Assembly: GCA_030650275.1 (NCBI GenBank)
Contig: JAUSEK010000001.1
Location: 101-64,100, forward strand
From: Candidatus Omnitrophota bacterium
GTDB lineage: Bacteria > Omnitrophota > Gorgyraeia > Zapsychrales > Fredricksoniimonadaceae
Length of the DNA: 64,000 bases
Reading direction: 5' to 3'
Shown here: in pieces, positions 20,282-30,012 of the stretch
Layout of the letters: the number at the start of each line of letters is the position of its first letter
Numbering within the stretch: position 1 is the stretch's first letter
The notes under the pieces: model-generated
Databases searched by the model: none
Seen by the model: only the letters and a program-made list of their open reading frames with translations
Told to the model about the DNA's origin: nothing
Made by a program: the position numbers and the translations under genes

Positions 20282-20910
20282 GACAAAAGCCTGCGCAGAT
20301 GAACCTTGAACGCGGCCGGGTCAATGGGGACATTGGTCACGAAATCCGCGTGGGGACGGCCTTTGCGGTATTCGGGAACGTCTTTGGGTATGGCCAGATA
20401 TCTGGTGATCAGGGACAGGTCAAAATCATAAAGGATGGTGCCGTGATGCAGGATATGATCCTTGCCCCGTTTCTGGGCATTGCCGGAGAATTTCTTTTCG
20501 CTGCCCGCTAAAACAATATCAGAAGTAGGCCGAAACAGGGCTTTGACCCCCAATGGCTCCAGGGCGGCAATGACCTTGGCGCTGATCCATTCATAGGACT
20601 TGCGCAGATCGTTGAGAACGGGATATTGTATTTTAGAAAGGACCAGCGCGTAGTTGAGGCAGCCGGGCCCCTGCACCACCGTGCCTCCGCCGGAAGCGCG
20701 GCGCAAAATGGGGATGCCATCAGCTTCGGCCTCTTTGAGGCGGACATCTTCTTCGATCTTCCCGATGCGGCCGACCACGATAAAAACGCGCGGGGATTCC
20801 CAAAAACGCACAACAGGCCCCGCCCCCTCCTTATCAGCTAAACGCAATAAATTCTCATCAAAATCAATATTTTGCCGGGGATCGGGGAATGAAACATCTT
20901 CAAAACGCAT
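20278..20910 (-). CDS. lplA: Lipoate-protein ligase family protein
   Basis: RRASGGGTV, KKFSGNAQ, HHGTILY; follows gcv genes. Confidence 0.9.
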   Translation of the reverse strand: MRFEDVSFPDPRQNIDFDENLLRLADKEGAGPVVRFWESPRVFIVVGRIGKIEEDVRLKEAEADGIPILRRASGGGTVVQGPGCLNYALVLSKIQYPVLNDLRKSYEWISAKVIAALEPLGVKALFRPTSDIVLAGSEKKFSGNAQKRGKDHILHHGTILYDFDLSLITRYLAIPKDVPEYRKGRPHADFVTNVPIDPAAFKVHLRRLLS

Positions 20911-22351
20911 AAGATGTCTTCACGTCGCGCGCGGCCTTGACCTCATCAGGACGTGAGATCGGCATGGTCTTGGGAAGGTCTTTGAAGGCCCCGGGATCCA
21001 ACTTGGATAAGGCGTCTGCGGCGATCATCTCATCGATAAAAGCGTCCATGGTCTGCTTGGACTCGGTTTCCGTGGGCTCGATCATGACCGCTTCGGGTAC
21101 GCTGATGGGGAAATACACCGTCGGCGGATGGATGCCGCGGTCAATGAGGAATTTGGCAATGTCAATGGCGTGCACGCCGCGGCTGGCCTGGATGGACGCG
21201 GAAAAAACCGCTTCGTGCATGCACAGCTTGTCAAAACACAATTTATAGTATGGCTGAAGACGGCGCATGATGTAATTGGCATTGAGAACCGCGTGGTCGG
21301 CCGTTGCCTTGAGGCCTTCTTTGCCGAGCATCAGGAGATACGCGTAAGCCCTCAACAAAAGGGCAAAATTGCCGTAAAAAGCCGCGATGTATCCGATGGA
21401 ATCAGGGTAGTCATAATCCAGGGCAAAGGTGCCGTCCTTGCGTTTGATGACCCGTGAAATGGGCAAAAACTTGGCGAGTTTGTCATTGACCCCGACAGGT
21501 CCGGCGCCCGGGCCTCCCCCGCCGTGCGGTGTCGTGAATGTCTTGTGCGTGTTGATATGCATCACGTCAAAACCCAAGTCCCCGGGCCGGCAGCGGCCCA
21601 GCAGTGCGTTCAAATTGGCCCCGTCATAATACATGATCCCGTCCACGGAATGGATGATCTTGGCAATTTCATCAATGTTGGATTCAAAAAGGCCGTAGGT
21701 GCTGGGGCAGGTCATCATCAGGCCCGCCACCTCGTCGTTGACAGCGCTTTTTAATTTTGCGATGTCCATTCCACCGTCTTTATTGGAAGGGATGGAAATG
21801 GTCTCGTATCCGGCGATGGCGGCGCTGGCCGGATTGGTGCCGTGGGCGGAATCCGGGATGATGACATATTTCTTCTTCTGGTTACCTTTGGCCTTATGAT
21901 ACGCGGCCATGAGCATAATGCCGGTCAATTCGCCGTGCGCGCCGGCCAGGGGCTGGAGCGTAAAATGCGAAAAGCCGGTCATTTCACACATCCATTGCTC
22001 AAGCTCGTAAAGGACCTCCAGGGCACCCTGGGTGAGCATTTCCCCACCCGCCAGTTGAGGCAGGAGCGGATGAAGGTCAGCGAAACCGGACAGACGCGAC
22101 AGGGCCTCGGTGAACTTGGGGTTATACTTCATGGTGCAGGAGCCCAGCGGATAAAAATGGGTGTCGACGGAGAAATTCTTTTGAGACAAAAGGGTATAAT
22201 GGCGCACGACATCCAGTTCCGATACCTCGGGCAAGGGCGCATCGTTGCCGCGGGCATACTTTTGCGGCACCTTGGCCTTAACCGGCACGTCGGAATCCGG
22301 AAACCTGAATCCCCTGCGGCCCTGAACGCTCTTTTCAAAAATTAATTTCAT
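20900..22351 (-). CDS. gcvPB: Glycine dehydrogenase subunit 2
   Basis: YPLGSCTMKYNP, AHGTNPASA, HKTFTTPHGGGGPG. Confidence 0.97.
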   Translation of the reverse strand: MKLIFEKSVQGRRGFRFPDSDVPVKAKVPQKYARGNDAPLPEVSELDVVRHYTLLSQKNFSVDTHFYPLGSCTMKYNPKFTEALSRLSGFADLHPLLPQLAGGEMLTQGALEVLYELEQWMCEMTGFSHFTLQPLAGAHGELTGIMLMAAYHKAKGNQKKKYVIIPDSAHGTNPASAAIAGYETISIPSNKDGGMDIAKLKSAVNDEVAGLMMTCPSTYGLFESNIDEIAKIIHSVDGIMYYDGANLNALLGRCRPGDLGFDVMHINTHKTFTTPHGGGGPGAGPVGVNDKLAKFLPISRVIKRKDGTFALDYDYPDSIGYIAAFYGNFALLLRAYAYLLMLGKEGLKATADHAVLNANYIMRRLQPYYKLCFDKLCMHEAVFSASIQASRGVHAIDIAKFLIDRGIHPPTVYFPISVPEAVMIEPTETESKQTMDAFIDEMIAADALSKLDPGAFKDLPKTMPISRPDEVKAARDVKTSYAF

Positions 22352-23682
22352 AACGTTTCTTCCAGCGCTTTAACGTACGCATCAATTTCCGCCTTCGTAC
22401 GCTTTTCCGTGACAGCCACCAATAAATATTTCTCCATACCTTTATAGTAGCGCCCCAGCGGGAACCCGGCGGCGAAGCCCTTCTTGATCATGGCTCCGAC
22501 GACATCAGAAGCATCCTTGGGCAGGCAGATGGTGAACTCGTTGAACGTCGGCGAAGAACGCTTGACCTCAACACCTTTGATCTTCGCTATTTCCTGTTTG
22601 GCGTATTCGGCCTTGTCTAAATTCAGCTGTGCCATTTCCTTCAAGCCCTGACGGCCGATCATGGACATGAAGATCGCCGCCTGCAAAGCGCACAAGGAAA
22701 CATTGGTGCAAATGTTGGACGTGGCCTTTTCGCGGCGGATGTGCTGTTCGCGCGCCTGCAGGGTATTGACAAAACAGCGGCGCCCTTGGGTATCAACGGT
22801 TTCCCCGACGATGCGGCCGGGCATTTTGCGCATGTATTTCCCGCGCACGGTCATGAACCCCAGATACGGCCCGCCGAAATTCAGCGGCAATCCCAGGGAC
22901 TGGCCTTCGCCGGTGACGATGTCCGCGCCCATGGCCCCGGGGGTCTTGAGCAATCCCAGCGACACCGGATAAACGCTGACAATGGCCAAGGCTCCGACGC
23001 TATGGGCCTTTTCAATAATATCGGTCAGGTCATCGATGGCGCCAAAAAAATTAGGGTTCTGCAGGATAACGGCCGCGGTGTTCCGGTCCAGGAGTTTTTC
23101 GATCTCGGGCCGGCTGCTTTGCCCGTGCACGACCGGCGTTTCTTCAAATTGATAATGCAAATGATGCGTGTAGGTCTTGAGAATTTTGCGGTAAATGGGG
23201 CTGACCCCGCCGTCCATGATGATCTTGGAACGGCCCGTGACGCCCATCGCCATCATCATGGCCTCATACAAGGCCGTGCCGCCGTCATACAAAGAGGCGT
23301 TGGACACGTCCATGCCCGTCAAAGCGCACATGGAACTCTGGTATTCAAACAGGGACTGCAGGGTGCCCTGCGCGCATTCGGGCTGATAGGGCGTATAGGC
23401 GGTGTAAAATTCCCCGCGTGACGTGAGCATGCCCACGGCCGAAGGAATGTAATGGTCGTAAAATCCGCCGCCCAAGAACGGCACCAGGTGCACGTTATTT
23501 TTTAAGGAAAGCCCGGTGACCTTGCGCACGACCTCATATTCGGAAAGCCCCTCGGGCAGATCAAAGGACTTCGGACGGTGTTTGGGCTTGATGTCCGCAA
23601 AAAGTCCGTCTATGGAAGGAACGCCGGCAATGTCCAGCATTTGCCGGACTTCGGCATCGGTATTGGTGATATAAGGGTTCAC
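22348..23682 (-). CDS. gcvPA: Glycine dehydrogenase subunit 1
   Basis: TAYTPYQPE, FGGPYLG, REQHIRREKATSNICT. Confidence 0.97.
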   Translation of the reverse strand: MNPYITNTDAEVRQMLDIAGVPSIDGLFADIKPKHRPKSFDLPEGLSEYEVVRKVTGLSLKNNVHLVPFLGGGFYDHYIPSAVGMLTSRGEFYTAYTPYQPECAQGTLQSLFEYQSSMCALTGMDVSNASLYDGGTALYEAMMMAMGVTGRSKIIMDGGVSPIYRKILKTYTHHLHYQFEETPVVHGQSSRPEIEKLLDRNTAAVILQNPNFFGAIDDLTDIIEKAHSVGALAIVSVYPVSLGLLKTPGAMGADIVTGEGQSLGLPLNFGGPYLGFMTVRGKYMRKMPGRIVGETVDTQGRRCFVNTLQAREQHIRREKATSNICTNVSLCALQAAIFMSMIGRQGLKEMAQLNLDKAEYAKQEIAKIKGVEVKRSSPTFNEFTICLPKDASDVVGAMIKKGFAAGFPLGRYYKGMEKYLLVAVTEKRTKAEIDAYVKALEETL

Positions 23683-23686
23683 GGGG

Positions 23687-24088
23687 TCATTGCTCTATGG
23701 TTGTGAGGTAATTGCGGTAGTCCTCGGCCGTCATTAAGGAAGAGGCCTCTTCGGAGCTGGTGATCTCGATCTTGGCGATCCAGCCCTTTTCGTAACAGTC
23801 CTTGTTGATCAGGCCCGGATCGTCTTGCAGGGCGCGGTTGACCTCGGTCACCCGGCCGGACATGGGAGAAAAAATATCGCTGGCCGCCTTGACCGACTCA
23901 ACAGAAACGAACTGCTCGAACTGTTCAACCTCCGTCCCTTCCTTGGGAAGTTCGATATAGGTGACGTCGCCCAGGGCGTTCTGGGCATAATCGGTGATGC
24001 CGACGGTGCCGGTATTGTCCTCAATATTGATCCACTCGTGGTCCTTGGTGTACAGATAATGGTCAATGATCTCAACAGCGCCGCTCAT
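23687..24088 (-). CDS. gcvH: Glycine cleavage system H protein
   Basis: YTKDHEW, GITDYAQ, lipoyl motif VESVKAASD. Confidence 0.97.
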   Translation of the reverse strand: MSGAVEIIDHYLYTKDHEWINIEDNTGTVGITDYAQNALGDVTYIELPKEGTEVEQFEQFVSVESVKAASDIFSPMSGRVTEVNRALQDDPGLINKDCYEKGWIAKIEITSSEEASSLMTAEDYRNYLTTIEQ

Positions 24089-24109
24089 GTGACACTCCTA
24101 TTTTCCCGA

Positions 24110-25210
24110 TCATTTTTTTAAAGAGCCGTTCTTGTAAAACGGCCTGCGGGTCATCATGCCTTCGGTTTTGGTTTTATCATCCCCGAAAAGAATTTTCTTT
24201 TCAAGGACATTTTCCCCTTTTTCAACAAAGCCGATGCCGACCCCGGCATTCAGGCCCGCTGAAAATGTCCCGCTCGTCACTGTGCCGACGGCCCTGCCCT
24301 GTCCATTGTACAGCGTATGGCCGGCGCGCGGCGATTTGCGCGAACCGGAAACAAAATACCCGACCGTGCGGTGGTTGCCCGCCTCTTTTTGACGAAGGAC
24401 CGCCTCTTTACCGATAAAATCCTTGTTTCCGTCAATGAACTTATCCAGTCCCGCCTCCAGAGGAGAAATATTCTCCTCCAATTCATGGCCATAAAGCGAA
24501 TAACACATCTCAATACGCAAAACGTCGCGCACGCCCAGGCCGGTCGGCTTGACACCGGGGTCCTTTAAAATGCGGCGCCATATTTCAACGGCCTGTCCCC
24601 AGGGACAATAGATCTCATAGCCCAATTCGCCGGTATATCCGGTGCGGCTGACGATGCAGCGGATGCCGGCCACATCAAGGACCTCGAACCCGTAATAAGA
24701 CAAACGCTCAATGCCGGGGACCAAAGGTTTCAAAACATCCCGCGATAAAGGGCCCTGCACGTCGATCTTCGCGGTCTCGAACGACGCGTCGCGAAACGGG
24801 GTGTTCCCGGATAAATGCGCTTTGACATGCGCGGCATCCTTGGCAATATTGGCCGCGTTGACCACCATCATCCATGCCTCGCCGGTCAGACGGTATACAA
24901 TGCAATCGTCGATGACACCGCCCTGATCGTTGAGCATGACGCCGTAACGGCAGGTCAAAACCGGCATGTCCGCGATGGTCTGCGTGACGATCCGGTCCAG
25001 ACCGCAGGCAACGGCGTCCCCGCAGATGATGAACTCCCCCATATGAGAGCAGTCAAAGATGGAACATCTCTTGCGGTTATCTTCCCACTCGGCCAAAATG
25101 CCCGCATATTGCAAAGGCATGTTCCAGCCGCCAAAAGTCACCATTTTGGCGCCAAGGGCGGCGTGTTCGCCGGCCAGAGGCGTATTATGAATAACTGTTT
25201 CGGTGGGCAT
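24110..25210 (-). CDS. gcvT: Glycine cleavage system aminomethyltransferase T
   Basis: FGGWNMPLQY, FDCSHMG, SRTGYTGELGYE. Confidence 0.96.
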   Translation of the reverse strand: MPTETVIHNTPLAGEHAALGAKMVTFGGWNMPLQYAGILAEWEDNRKRCSIFDCSHMGEFIICGDAVACGLDRIVTQTIADMPVLTCRYGVMLNDQGGVIDDCIVYRLTGEAWMMVVNAANIAKDAAHVKAHLSGNTPFRDASFETAKIDVQGPLSRDVLKPLVPGIERLSYYGFEVLDVAGIRCIVSRTGYTGELGYEIYCPWGQAVEIWRRILKDPGVKPTGLGVRDVLRIEMCYSLYGHELEENISPLEAGLDKFIDGNKDFIGKEAVLRQKEAGNHRTVGYFVSGSRKSPRAGHTLYNGQGRAVGTVTSGTFSAGLNAGVGIGFVEKGENVLEKKILFGDDKTKTEGMMTRRPFYKNGSLKK

Positions 25211-25218
25211 AGTATCTG

Positions 25219-25247
25219 ATGGTATAAGAATGGTATTTTTTAATCAA
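25219..25247 (-). promoter_or_regulatory. Putative near-leaderless promoter of gcv operon
   Basis: TTGATT-17-TACCAT-8-ATG. Confidence 0.5.
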
Positions 25248-25319
25248 GATATTTTATTCCAAGAATTCCTTTGCCACGGGCCCGGGGAAGAATAAAATAC
25301 ATGAAGAAAGGAACTCACC

Positions 25320-25676
25320 ATGTCGTTCAATGACTTTATGAACAAGGTCCGCCAATGGGACAACCGCACCGCCCAATGGATGATACGCCATTTTTATATC
25401 CTTTTCTTCGAGATCATCCTGGTGGTCCTATTCATCGGCGTGTTCGTCAACGCGCTCAAAGTGATCGACGTGGGCATCGACATCCATAAGAACGACATCA
25501 TCGAACGCCTGCTGATGGTCCAATCGGTCAACACGCTTTTGATCGCGATCCTGTTGTTGTTCAACTCTTTCTGGCTTTTATACATCTTCGGCGGTTTGCT
25601 GCGGATCCGGAATCTGCTCAAGGACATTGATTTCAATTTAAGCCGGCGCAACGGCCCCCGCAACAAGAACGAATGA
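25320..25676 (+). CDS. Hypothetical membrane protein (2 TM)
   Basis: AAGGA SD, host-like codons, two hydrophobic helices, fills the gap between gcvT and ftsA. Confidence 0.8.
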   Translation: MSFNDFMNKVRQWDNRTAQWMIRHFYILFFEIILVVLFIGVFVNALKVIDVGIDIHKNDIIERLLMVQSVNTLLIAILLLFNSFWLLYIFGGLLRIRNLLKDIDFNLSRRNGPRNKNE

Positions 25677-25685
25677 CCCCGCAAA

Positions 25686-26915
25686 TTAAAAATATTCCTG
25701 GCACATGTCCTTCAACTGCGTCAAAACCTTGTTCTTGATCTGGCCGGCCCTGCCCCAATGGATGGACTCTTCGGTATTTTGCAGATAATTCATCTTGGCC
25801 AGACCGATGGCGCCGGCAAAAACCGGAACATTGTTCAGGCCCTTGGCCCCGACGCCCATCCCAACCGGCAGATGGACCCGTTGCTCAACGCGTTCCATGA
25901 GCCCGGGCAATAAAGCCCCTCCCCCGACCATGACAATGCCGCCGTTGAGATCATGGACAAGGACGGACCCCTCGATCACCGTTTCCAGATGCGTCAGGAA
26001 ATTCTCGATCTCCCAACCAACGGCATCGCAGACCGATTGGCGGCTGACCGGGACATACTCTGTGGCGCGCAGAACCAGGATGTCACCTGTTTCCGCCGAC
26101 GGACCCGGCGCGGCAACGGCATGCAGGCGCTTGATCTCCTCGGCCTTTTCGATCGTCAGGCTCAAACGGTCCGCGAGGGTTTGGGTGACATACTGCCCTC
26201 CCCAGGGGATCAATTGGATATCGCGCAGCACGCCGTCCTTGAATAACAGGACATTGGTCAGCTTGGCGCCGATATCGACCAGAACGCACCCCCTGTCCTT
26301 AAGATTTTTATCCAACACCACTTCAGCGGCGGCATAGGAGGAACAGGACAGGCGGTCCACCTCGAAACCGGCCTGATGCACGGCCTGCACCACATTGCGC
26401 AAACGATTGGCCTTGGCGGCCAGGATCAAAATATTGGACTCAAGTTTGCGGCCGAAAAGCCCCGCGGGGTTCAATGCCGCGTTAACGTCATCCACCCTGT
26501 ACATCTGGGGAAAATCGTGGATCGTTTCCTCGTCGATATCGACCCCCAGCAACCGGGCCTGGTGGTTGACCTTGCGGATGTCCGAAGGGCTGATGACCTT
26601 GGTGCCGGCGTCGATCAGGGGAATGACCGCGGCACTACGGTGCACGCTCAACGCGTCCGCACCTATTCCGACACGTAAGCTGCGGACCTCAACGGAAAAT
26701 TTCCGGGCCACACTTTTAACGGCGGACTTGATGCATTGGGACAGGTCCTCCAGATCGCTGACAGACCCGTCCTTGAGCCCCATCGCGCGGGTTTGAAAAA
26801 CCCCCAACAGCTCCAGGTTCTGTGCATCCTGCGCCTTGACCAGGGCGACCTTGAACTCACTGGCCCCCAGGTCCAAACCGCAAAAATATTTCAATCGCGC
26901 GACTCTCTTGAACAT
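25686..26915 (-). CDS. ftsA: Cell division protein FtsA (divergent)
   Basis: GLDLGAS, LVDIGA, GGQYVT, MVGGGALLPG; follows ftsQ. Confidence 0.9.
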   Translation of the reverse strand: MFKRVARLKYFCGLDLGASEFKVALVKAQDAQNLELLGVFQTRAMGLKDGSVSDLEDLSQCIKSAVKSVARKFSVEVRSLRVGIGADALSVHRSAAVIPLIDAGTKVISPSDIRKVNHQARLLGVDIDEETIHDFPQMYRVDDVNAALNPAGLFGRKLESNILILAAKANRLRNVVQAVHQAGFEVDRLSCSSYAAAEVVLDKNLKDRGCVLVDIGAKLTNVLLFKDGVLRDIQLIPWGGQYVTQTLADRLSLTIEKAEEIKRLHAVAAPGPSAETGDILVLRATEYVPVSRQSVCDAVGWEIENFLTHLETVIEGSVLVHDLNGGIVMVGGGALLPGLMERVEQRVHLPVGMGVGAKGLNNVPVFAGAIGLAKMNYLQNTEESIHWGRAGQIKNKVLTQLKDMCQEYF

Positions 26916-26921
26916 ACGCTG

Positions 26922-27692
26922 TTATTTTGTCCTTTCCTCATCGGTCCCGGCGATGATGGGCTCGGCAAACCGCAGATCAACATACCGGGCCCGGGCCCAT
27001 TCAACGTTCCTTTGGGCCAAAAGGACCTCAAACTTCTGCACTTTCAACGGAAAATGGTCCTGGTCCAGGATCACGCGCAGTCCGCCGTCGAGAATGAACT
27101 CGATCTTCGACGGGTTGGCGGCATCAACGGCTGTGATCTTAAGCAAGGCCGTGCGCGGATGGCCCTTGAACTCATTCAGGATGGCCACCACCGCCCGCAG
27201 GGACCTGGAAACGACAGGAGCGCCCAGGACCACCCTGGGCCTTAGAACAATGCCGTTGACGACAGGCAAGGACGGCTGCTGGGTATCCGCGTTATAAAGC
27301 GCGACCCCCGCGGTATCCACGAGTAAAAATTTATTTTTCCGGCGCACCTGTGCCACAACATCGCGCTTCTTGGCCAGGACCTTGATCTTGTCGGGAAACT
27401 GGCGGATGACCCGCAATTGCGCGATCTGCGGGTATTGCGCGCTCAACCGGGAATGCACTTTGCGGACATCCACCTTAAAAATATTGTGCCCCTTTAACCC
27501 GCGCAGGTCCCGGGCATCAATGAACCGGATCGACGCGTCAACCAGCACGTCCTTGACCGCAAACAGCGGCGATGTCGTCAAGAAATCCACGGTTTTGGCA
27601 TACGCTGAAAAGACCACCAGGGCGATGAACAAAAAAACAATGGTCCGGATGACCGCAATGCCCGGGATGTTAATGTTTGACTTTTTTGCCAT
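26922..27692 (-). CDS. ftsQ: Cell division protein FtsQ/DivIB
   Basis: TM then POTRA (RQFPDKIKV), terminal YVDLRF; start reassigned to 27692. Confidence 0.9.
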   Translation of the reverse strand: MAKKSNINIPGIAVIRTIVFLFIALVVFSAYAKTVDFLTTSPLFAVKDVLVDASIRFIDARDLRGLKGHNIFKVDVRKVHSRLSAQYPQIAQLRVIRQFPDKIKVLAKKRDVVAQVRRKNKFLLVDTAGVALYNADTQQPSLPVVNGIVLRPRVVLGAPVVSRSLRAVVAILNEFKGHPRTALLKITAVDAANPSKIEFILDGGLRVILDQDHFPLKVQKFEVLLAQRNVEWARARYVDLRFAEPIIAGTDEERTK

Positions 27693-28617
27693 AGGCCAGG
27701 TCCAAAAGTTTTTCGCATACCCCCGCGAACGAATACCCGGCCTTGAAAGCGGCCTTGGGGAACAAGCTTGTTTCGGTGAATCCGGGAATGGTGTTGATCT
27801 CCAGAATATAAGGGTCACCCTTTTCATCCACGCGCAGATCCACCCGCGAGAAGGCCTCACACCCGAGGATATCATGGGCGGCCAAAGCGATCTGCCGGAT
27901 ACGTTGTGTCAGGGCCTGATCAATGTCCGCGGGAACGGTGTATTGGGTCAACCCTTTCTGGTATTTGGAGGTGAAATCAAAAAAAGCGGAAGGCGGACGG
28001 ATCTCGACCAAGGGCAGGACCTCGCGGTCAAAAATACCCGCGGTGAATTCCCTCCCCTTGATGAACCGCTCAACGATCACGCGCCCACCGAACGACAAAG
28101 CGTCCTTGAAGGCCGATTCCCACTGGGAAGGATGGCGCACGATATAGACCCCGATGCTGGAGCCCTCGCACGCGGCCTTGACCACGAACGGCAAATTCTT
28201 GAGCGCGGCGAAAACATCCTTAAAAGTGACCGGGTCCCCGTCCGTGATGCAGACATGCGGCGGCACGGGAATGCCCGCCTGCTTGAACAGGGTTTGGGTT
28301 ATGGTCTTATCAAACGCCAGACGGCTGGCGTCGGGGCCGCAGCCCGTATAAGGAATATCCATTTCTTCCAAAATGGACTGGATCACTCCATCCTCCCCCA
28401 AACGGCCGTGCAAGGCGATAAAGGCGATGTCCATAGCAGCGTCCCGCAGCAGCGTCCTGATGAGGCCCTGGTCGGAAACGTTGATGTCAACAGGCACGGC
28501 CTGATGGCCGGCTCCGGACAATGCAAGGGCGACCGCCCGTCCCGACCTTAAAGAAATTTCCCTTTCGGACGAATAGCCACCCATCAAAACGCCGATGGTC
28601 CCGAAACGTCCGCTCAT
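27670..28617 (-). CDS. ddl: D-alanine--D-alanine ligase
   Basis: MGGYSSEREISLRSG, LHGRLGEDG, LEINTIPG. Confidence 0.97.
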   Translation of the reverse strand: MSGRFGTIGVLMGGYSSEREISLRSGRAVALALSGAGHQAVPVDINVSDQGLIRTLLRDAAMDIAFIALHGRLGEDGVIQSILEEMDIPYTGCGPDASRLAFDKTITQTLFKQAGIPVPPHVCITDGDPVTFKDVFAALKNLPFVVKAACEGSSIGVYIVRHPSQWESAFKDALSFGGRVIVERFIKGREFTAGIFDREVLPLVEIRPPSAFFDFTSKYQKGLTQYTVPADIDQALTQRIRQIALAAHDILGCEAFSRVDLRVDEKGDPYILEINTIPGFTETSLFPKAAFKAGYSFAGVCEKLLDLAYGKKVKH

Positions 28618-30008
28618 ACCAATGGCTCCCTGTGACTGACGGCACCGGTGCGCTCTCTGAGCGCCGCCAAAAACGGTTCACACAGATCCGTGATGTCCCC
28701 GGCGCCCAAAAAAAGCACCAGGTCCCCGGGCCGCGCAACACGGACAAGGGTTTCAATGATGGATCCTTTTTTGAGATACGAGGCCCTGCGGCCCAGAACG
28801 CAACGGACCCGCTCAAACAATTGCGAAGCGGTCGCGCCTTCATTGGGTTTCTCGCCGGCGGCATAAATATCGGTGAGGATCAATTCATCGGTGAGGTCCA
28901 AGCTGCGCGCGAACTCATCCAAAAGGAATTTGGTGCGCGAATAACGGTGCGGCTGGAACACCGTCAGCAAACGCCGGCCGGCAAAAAGGCGCGCCGCCTT
29001 CAGGGTGGCGGTGATCTCCGTCGGGTGATGGCCATAATCGTCCACCACCATGATATCACCGGCCTCGCCCTTGAACTGGAAGCGGCGTCTGACGCCGGAA
29101 AACGTTCTCAAGGTCCGCCGGATCACCGCAAGGTCAATGTTCAATTCAAGCCCGAGGGTGATGCAGGCCAAGGCATTGAGGACATTGTGTTCGCCGCCAA
29201 CGGCAAGTTCAAAGTCCCCCAATTTCCCCTGGGGCGTCCGGCAGGAAAAACGGGAATGGAACCCGTCGGTGATGACATCGGTGGCCGTGACGTCAAAAGA
29301 GCGGTCAAAACCATACACCCGTGTCCGCGGCGCATGGGTTTTTGCCAGGCGGCGCAGGCGTTCGTCCTGCCCGCAGATGATCACTGTTCCCCCGGGGCGC
29401 GTGCATTGCATGAATTTGGCGTAAGCGCTCAAGATGCCGTCCCAATCCTTGTAATGGTCCACGTGCTCAAAATCCACATTGGTGATGATGGAAAAATGCG
29501 GCTTAAAATACAAAAATGTCCCATCGCTCTCATCCACCTCGGCCACAAAATACCTGCCCTCACCCAGATGCGCGTGATGATCGCTGCCCTTGACGATACC
29601 GCCGACGGCGGTGGTGGGGTTCAGACCCGCCTCAACCAACAGCAAGGCGACCATGGACGTGGTCGTGGTCTTGCCGTGGGCGCCGGCCACGGTGATCGCG
29701 GTCTGTTCATTGACCAATTGGGCCAGGACCTCGGCGCGGCGCAGCAGGGGGATCTTGCGGCTGACGGATTCAATACGTTCAGGATTGGCGATGGACACCG
29801 CCGAGGAGTAGACCACGAAATCGGGGCCCCGGACATTGCTGGCATGATGCCCGATGGTGATCTCGGCCCCGTTTTCTTTCAACCGGCCGGTCAGGTCGCT
29901 CGCTTTTAAGTCCGAACCGCTGACCTTATGTCCCTTGGCCAAAAGCAACGAGGCCAAAGCCCCCATGCCGATGCCGCCGATGCCGATCAGATGATAATGT
30001 TTGCGCAT
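28614..30008 (-). CDS. murC: UDP-N-acetylmuramate--L-alanine ligase
   Basis: GIGGIGM, GAHGKTTTT, AEVDESD, DDYGHHPTE, FQPHRYSRT. Confidence 0.97.
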   Translation of the reverse strand: MRKHYHLIGIGGIGMGALASLLLAKGHKVSGSDLKASDLTGRLKENGAEITIGHHASNVRGPDFVVYSSAVSIANPERIESVSRKIPLLRRAEVLAQLVNEQTAITVAGAHGKTTTTSMVALLLVEAGLNPTTAVGGIVKGSDHHAHLGEGRYFVAEVDESDGTFLYFKPHFSIITNVDFEHVDHYKDWDGILSAYAKFMQCTRPGGTVIICGQDERLRRLAKTHAPRTRVYGFDRSFDVTATDVITDGFHSRFSCRTPQGKLGDFELAVGGEHNVLNALACITLGLELNIDLAVIRRTLRTFSGVRRRFQFKGEAGDIMVVDDYGHHPTEITATLKAARLFAGRRLLTVFQPHRYSRTKFLLDEFARSLDLTDELILTDIYAAGEKPNEGATASQLFERVRCVLGRRASYLKKGSIIETLVRVARPGDLVLFLGAGDITDLCEPFLAALRERTGAVSHREPLV

Positions 30009-30012
30009 ACCT

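Noticed and set aside
28521-29909. Long antisense ORFs (also 888-1838, 15003-16019, 27370-28551, 62662-63960)
   Set aside because: Shadows of well-supported genes on the opposite strand, as expected in GC-rich DNA.
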